Shown here in pieces: positions 62,601 through 64,000 of a DNA stretch of 64,000 nucleotides (position 1 is the first letter of the stretch; each line of letters begins with the position of its first letter). The notes under the pieces were generated by a model. The model was not told the DNA's origin and searched no databases. It was given only the letters and a program-made list of their open reading frames with translations. This DNA is from an uncultured Actinomycetes bacterium (lineage in GTDB: Bacteria > Actinomycetota > UBA4738 > HRBIN12). Position numbers and translations under genes: made by a program. The stretch spans positions 30,037-94,036 of the forward strand of contig CAWBAK010000004.1 of the NCBI GenBank assembly GCA_963786805.1. Direction: 5' to 3'.

Positions 62601-63237
62601 CGATCGCGACGATCCGCCCCGACCCTGGTTGCAGTCCTTCGCGATCGCGGCGTTGATCGCCGACGCCCGCGGCGACCGCGAGCGCTCGAACCGAGAGCTG
62701 GCCGTGGTCTTCCCCGGCGCGAAGGCGCAATCGAACCGGACGGTCACGGGTGCGACGTGGGCCGCGCTCCTGCTGGCTCGGCGGGGCGAAACCGACGAGG
62801 CCCGTCGATGGCTCGACGAGACAACGCTGCCCGAGACGCAGCCCTCCGCAGCCGAGGTCCGCTGCGATGTCGTCGCGCTCGCCGAGGCGTGGGCCGAGGT
62901 CCCGGCCGCGCTGGCCCACGCTCGCGAGGTGGCCGAACGTGCGGGCTCGCTCTCGCTGCCGGTCTACGCACGACGGCTCGAGGGACGCGCGGCCTTGGCG
63001 GCCGGCGACATCGAGACGGCGATCCGCTCGCTGTCGGCGGCGGTCGAGGGCTTCGAGCGGCTCGAGGCTCTATGGGAACGGGCGTGCGCGCAGCTCTCGC
63101 TGGCCGAGGCCTTCGCGGCGGCCGAGCGGACGGACGAGGCTCGGGCCGCACTCGAGGAAGCTCTCATCGTGTTCGAAGAGGTGGGCTCGCTGGCGGAGAT
63201 CGAGCGAGCCAAGGAGTTGCGGGCCCGGCTGGCGTAG
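59644..63237 (+). CDS. Double zinc-ribbon / class III adenylate cyclase / STAND (AAA_16) ATPase / TPR signalling protein
   Basis: N-terminal CSNCG...CQSCG and CPVCG...CPSCG. Cyclase motifs ILFADVTGST and KFIGDAVMAAFG. Walker A GDPGVGKS. Long helical TPR-like C-terminus with no LuxR HTH. Start is GTG 59644 or 59665. Confidence 0.85.
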   Translation: MAPTLRRVKVCSNCGTGNPDAARFCQSCGSSLVPACPVCGAERPEGGRFCPSCGAPILAEDVPAGQERRLVTILFADVTGSTALGEQLDPERLQEVLAAYFQAMREEIEAEGGTVEKFIGDAVMAAFGVPTAHEDDPSRALRAALRMRRRLERVNTDLEKRFGVTLQIRTGVNTGEVLAATDPRPGEPMVTGDAVNVAARLEQTADPGGIVVSERTARAARGFRFHELGARDLRGKEQPVPAVLLEDVAPEISERGVPGLRAPMIGRDQELALLRTVCARVVAEGRPHLITIYGDPGVGKSRLVREFLSEPFGESATPRVVFGRCLPYGEGITYWPLAEILKTHAGILDTDPTETVLAKIEASCEAVLRLDPSIDVVRATGAIAYTVGLELPAAPMHDLEPRHVRAEMESAWRSFFSALAIGSPVIAVIEDIHWADPALLHLLEHLADRVVGPVVFVCPARPELTDRRAGWGGGHRNFSSIALEPLSSEDADRLVRLLLTVEDLPEKVRAQILERAEGNPFFLEEIVRHMIDDGRIVRDGGRWRASPDVGGVQIPDTVQAVLAARIDLLEPVDKRALQRAAVVGRVFWPGPVRRLLNGDGEVLDDALRRLEDRDLILSRLGSALAGQPEYIFKHVLTRDVAYESLPRRDRPTAHAEVATWLEETAGDRREEFVELLAYHFAEALRGTVDDGREPPDEGLRDKALLHLLTASRGARRKVALAKAQSLARQALELSRAPLERAEALEALAQALIDDYRGDEAYEMFREAVEVRLDGVPQDRRAIAYLCARSVEMPTRWPGTMMQVPPNDEVRRYLELGFSYLEPGDSEERTRLLVARSMLGFATFGRGFSEEQLEESRSDGEEAAAMAERLGLPELQSAALDGVGATLMMQGRPAAMVEVDERRLRLVPFLADPAELGDLYSNAALPRILIGRFREALELGQLGVEAALDEAPSFGTYSIAWTTVANFRLGNWDEAMAGHDRLLGRLGDRDDPPRPWLQSFAIAALIADARGDRERSNRELAVVFPGAKAQSNRTVTGATWAALLLARRGETDEARRWLDETTLPETQPSAAEVRCDVVALAEAWAEVPAALAHAREVAERAGSLSLPVYARRLEGRAALAAGDIETAIRSLSAAVEGFERLEALWERACAQLSLAEAFAAAERTDEARAALEEALIVFEEVGSLAEIERAKELRARLA

Positions 63238-63241
63238 CGCC

Positions 63242-64000
63242 CTAGGCCGTGCGCTCCTGGCGCTCGCGCCGCTTGGTCTCCTTGACCGGCACGAGCGTCG
63301 GGTTGACCTTGCTCCTGACGACCTCGCCGTCGATCACGCATTTCGTGACGTCCTGGCGGGAGGGCAGCTCGTACATCGTGTTGAGCAGGACCTCCTCCAT
63401 GATCGCGCGGAGCCCACGGGCGCCGGTGCCGCGAAGGATCGCCTGGTCGGCGATCGCATCGAGGGCGTCGTCGGAGAACTCCAGCTCGACGCCGTCGAAC
63501 TCGAAGAACTTGTGGTACTGCCGCACGAGCGCGTTCTTCGGCTTGGTGAGGATGTCCACGAGCGCCTGCTTGTCGAGGTTGTGCACGTTCGTGATCACCG
63601 GCAGCCGTCCGACGAACTCCGGGATCAGCCCGTACTTGAGTGTGTCCTCCGGCAGGACCTGGCTGAGGATCGCCCCGAGGTCCTTGTCCTCCACGCGCCG
63701 CACGTCGGCGCCGAAGCCGATGCCGCGGCTCCCGATCCGGCTCTCGATGATCTTCTCGAGACCCGCGAACGCGCCTCCGACGATGAACAGGATGTTCGTC
63801 GTGTCGATCTGGATGAACTCCTGGTGCGGGTGCTTGCGCCCGCCCTGCGGTGGGACCGATGCGGTGGTGCCTTCCAGGATCTTGAGGAGCGCCTGCTGCA
63901 CGCCCTCGCCCGAGACGTCCCGGGTGATCGAGGGGTTCTCGCTCTTGCGGGCGATCTTGTCGACCTCGTCGATGTAGATGATCCCGGTCTCGGCCTTCTT
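63242..64000 (-). CDS. clpX: ATP-dependent Clp protease ATP-binding subunit ClpX (3' part; continues beyond the window)
   Basis: ...[10 protein letters not shown]...[13 protein letters not shown]...[15 protein letters not shown]...[16 protein letters not shown] 63242..63901 continues in frame to position 64000. Confidence 0.9.
   Translation of the reverse strand, partial: KKAETGIIYIDEVDKIARKSENPSITRDVSGEGVQQALLKILEGTTASVPPQGGRKHPHQEFIQIDTTNILFIVGGAFAGLEKIIESRIGSRGIGFGADVRRVEDKDLGAILSQVLPEDTLKYGLIPEFVGRLPVITNVHNLDKQALVDILTKPKNALVRQYHKFFEFDGVELEFSDDALDAIADQAILRGTGARGLRAIMEEVLLNTMYELPSRQDVTKCVIDGEVVRSKVNPTLVPVKETKRRERQERTA

Noticed and set aside
59734-62919. 1061-aa ORF antisense to the cyclase/STAND gene
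   Set aside because: It is an antisense GC-rich open frame with Arg/Glu/Pro-biased sequence and no recognisable domains. The sense frame has clear cyclase, Walker A and TPR features.

Overview
This is a ~70% GC window with actinobacterial-type synteny. Almost all of it is conserved housekeeping DNA: deoC-ALDH; phoH-ybeY-CBS/CorC-cdd-era; a CIRCE-controlled hrcA-dnaJ; lepA-hemW; rpsT; holA-comEC-comEA; leuS; rne-rplU-rpmA-obg-nadD-rsfS; tRNA-Ala; mreBCD-mrdA-rodA; fabD-fabH-fabG-acpP-fabF; valS-folC-ndk; and a partial clpX. Between these blocks sit signalling genes: two ECF sigma/anti-sigma pairs, one membrane histidine kinase, one REC-histidine kinase hybrid, a PAS-GGDEF-EAL protein, and a 1197-aa zinc-ribbon/adenylate-cyclase/STAND-ATPase/TPR protein. 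A small accessory stretch (26.7-32.5 kb) holds a saccharopine-dehydrogenase-like gene, a coiled-coil hypothetical, a decayed PhyH-like dioxygenase, a cupin/TetR pair and a lipoprotein. I found no CRISPR array, transposase, integrase, rRNA or recognisable defence system, and no convincing novel multi-gene system. The most striking feature is the number of frame-disrupting indels. There are at least 12 outside the PhyH remnant, and several hit essential genes (fabH twice, fabF, rne, hemW). One disruption, in an anti-sigma gene, is an exact 8-bp tandem duplication. Without reads I cannot tell whether these are assembly errors or real gene decay. Other points worth a second look: an anti-sigma sensor domain duplicated as a neighbouring lipoprotein, a shared AAC-N16/17-CGTCC motif upstream of both ECF sigma genes, a perfect 15-bp hairpin inside the apparent rplU tail, a catalytic-domain-less ALDH paralogue, and pervasive GTGA/ATGA start-stop overlaps. 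All calls come from reading the ORF translations and DNA by eye. No database search was run.
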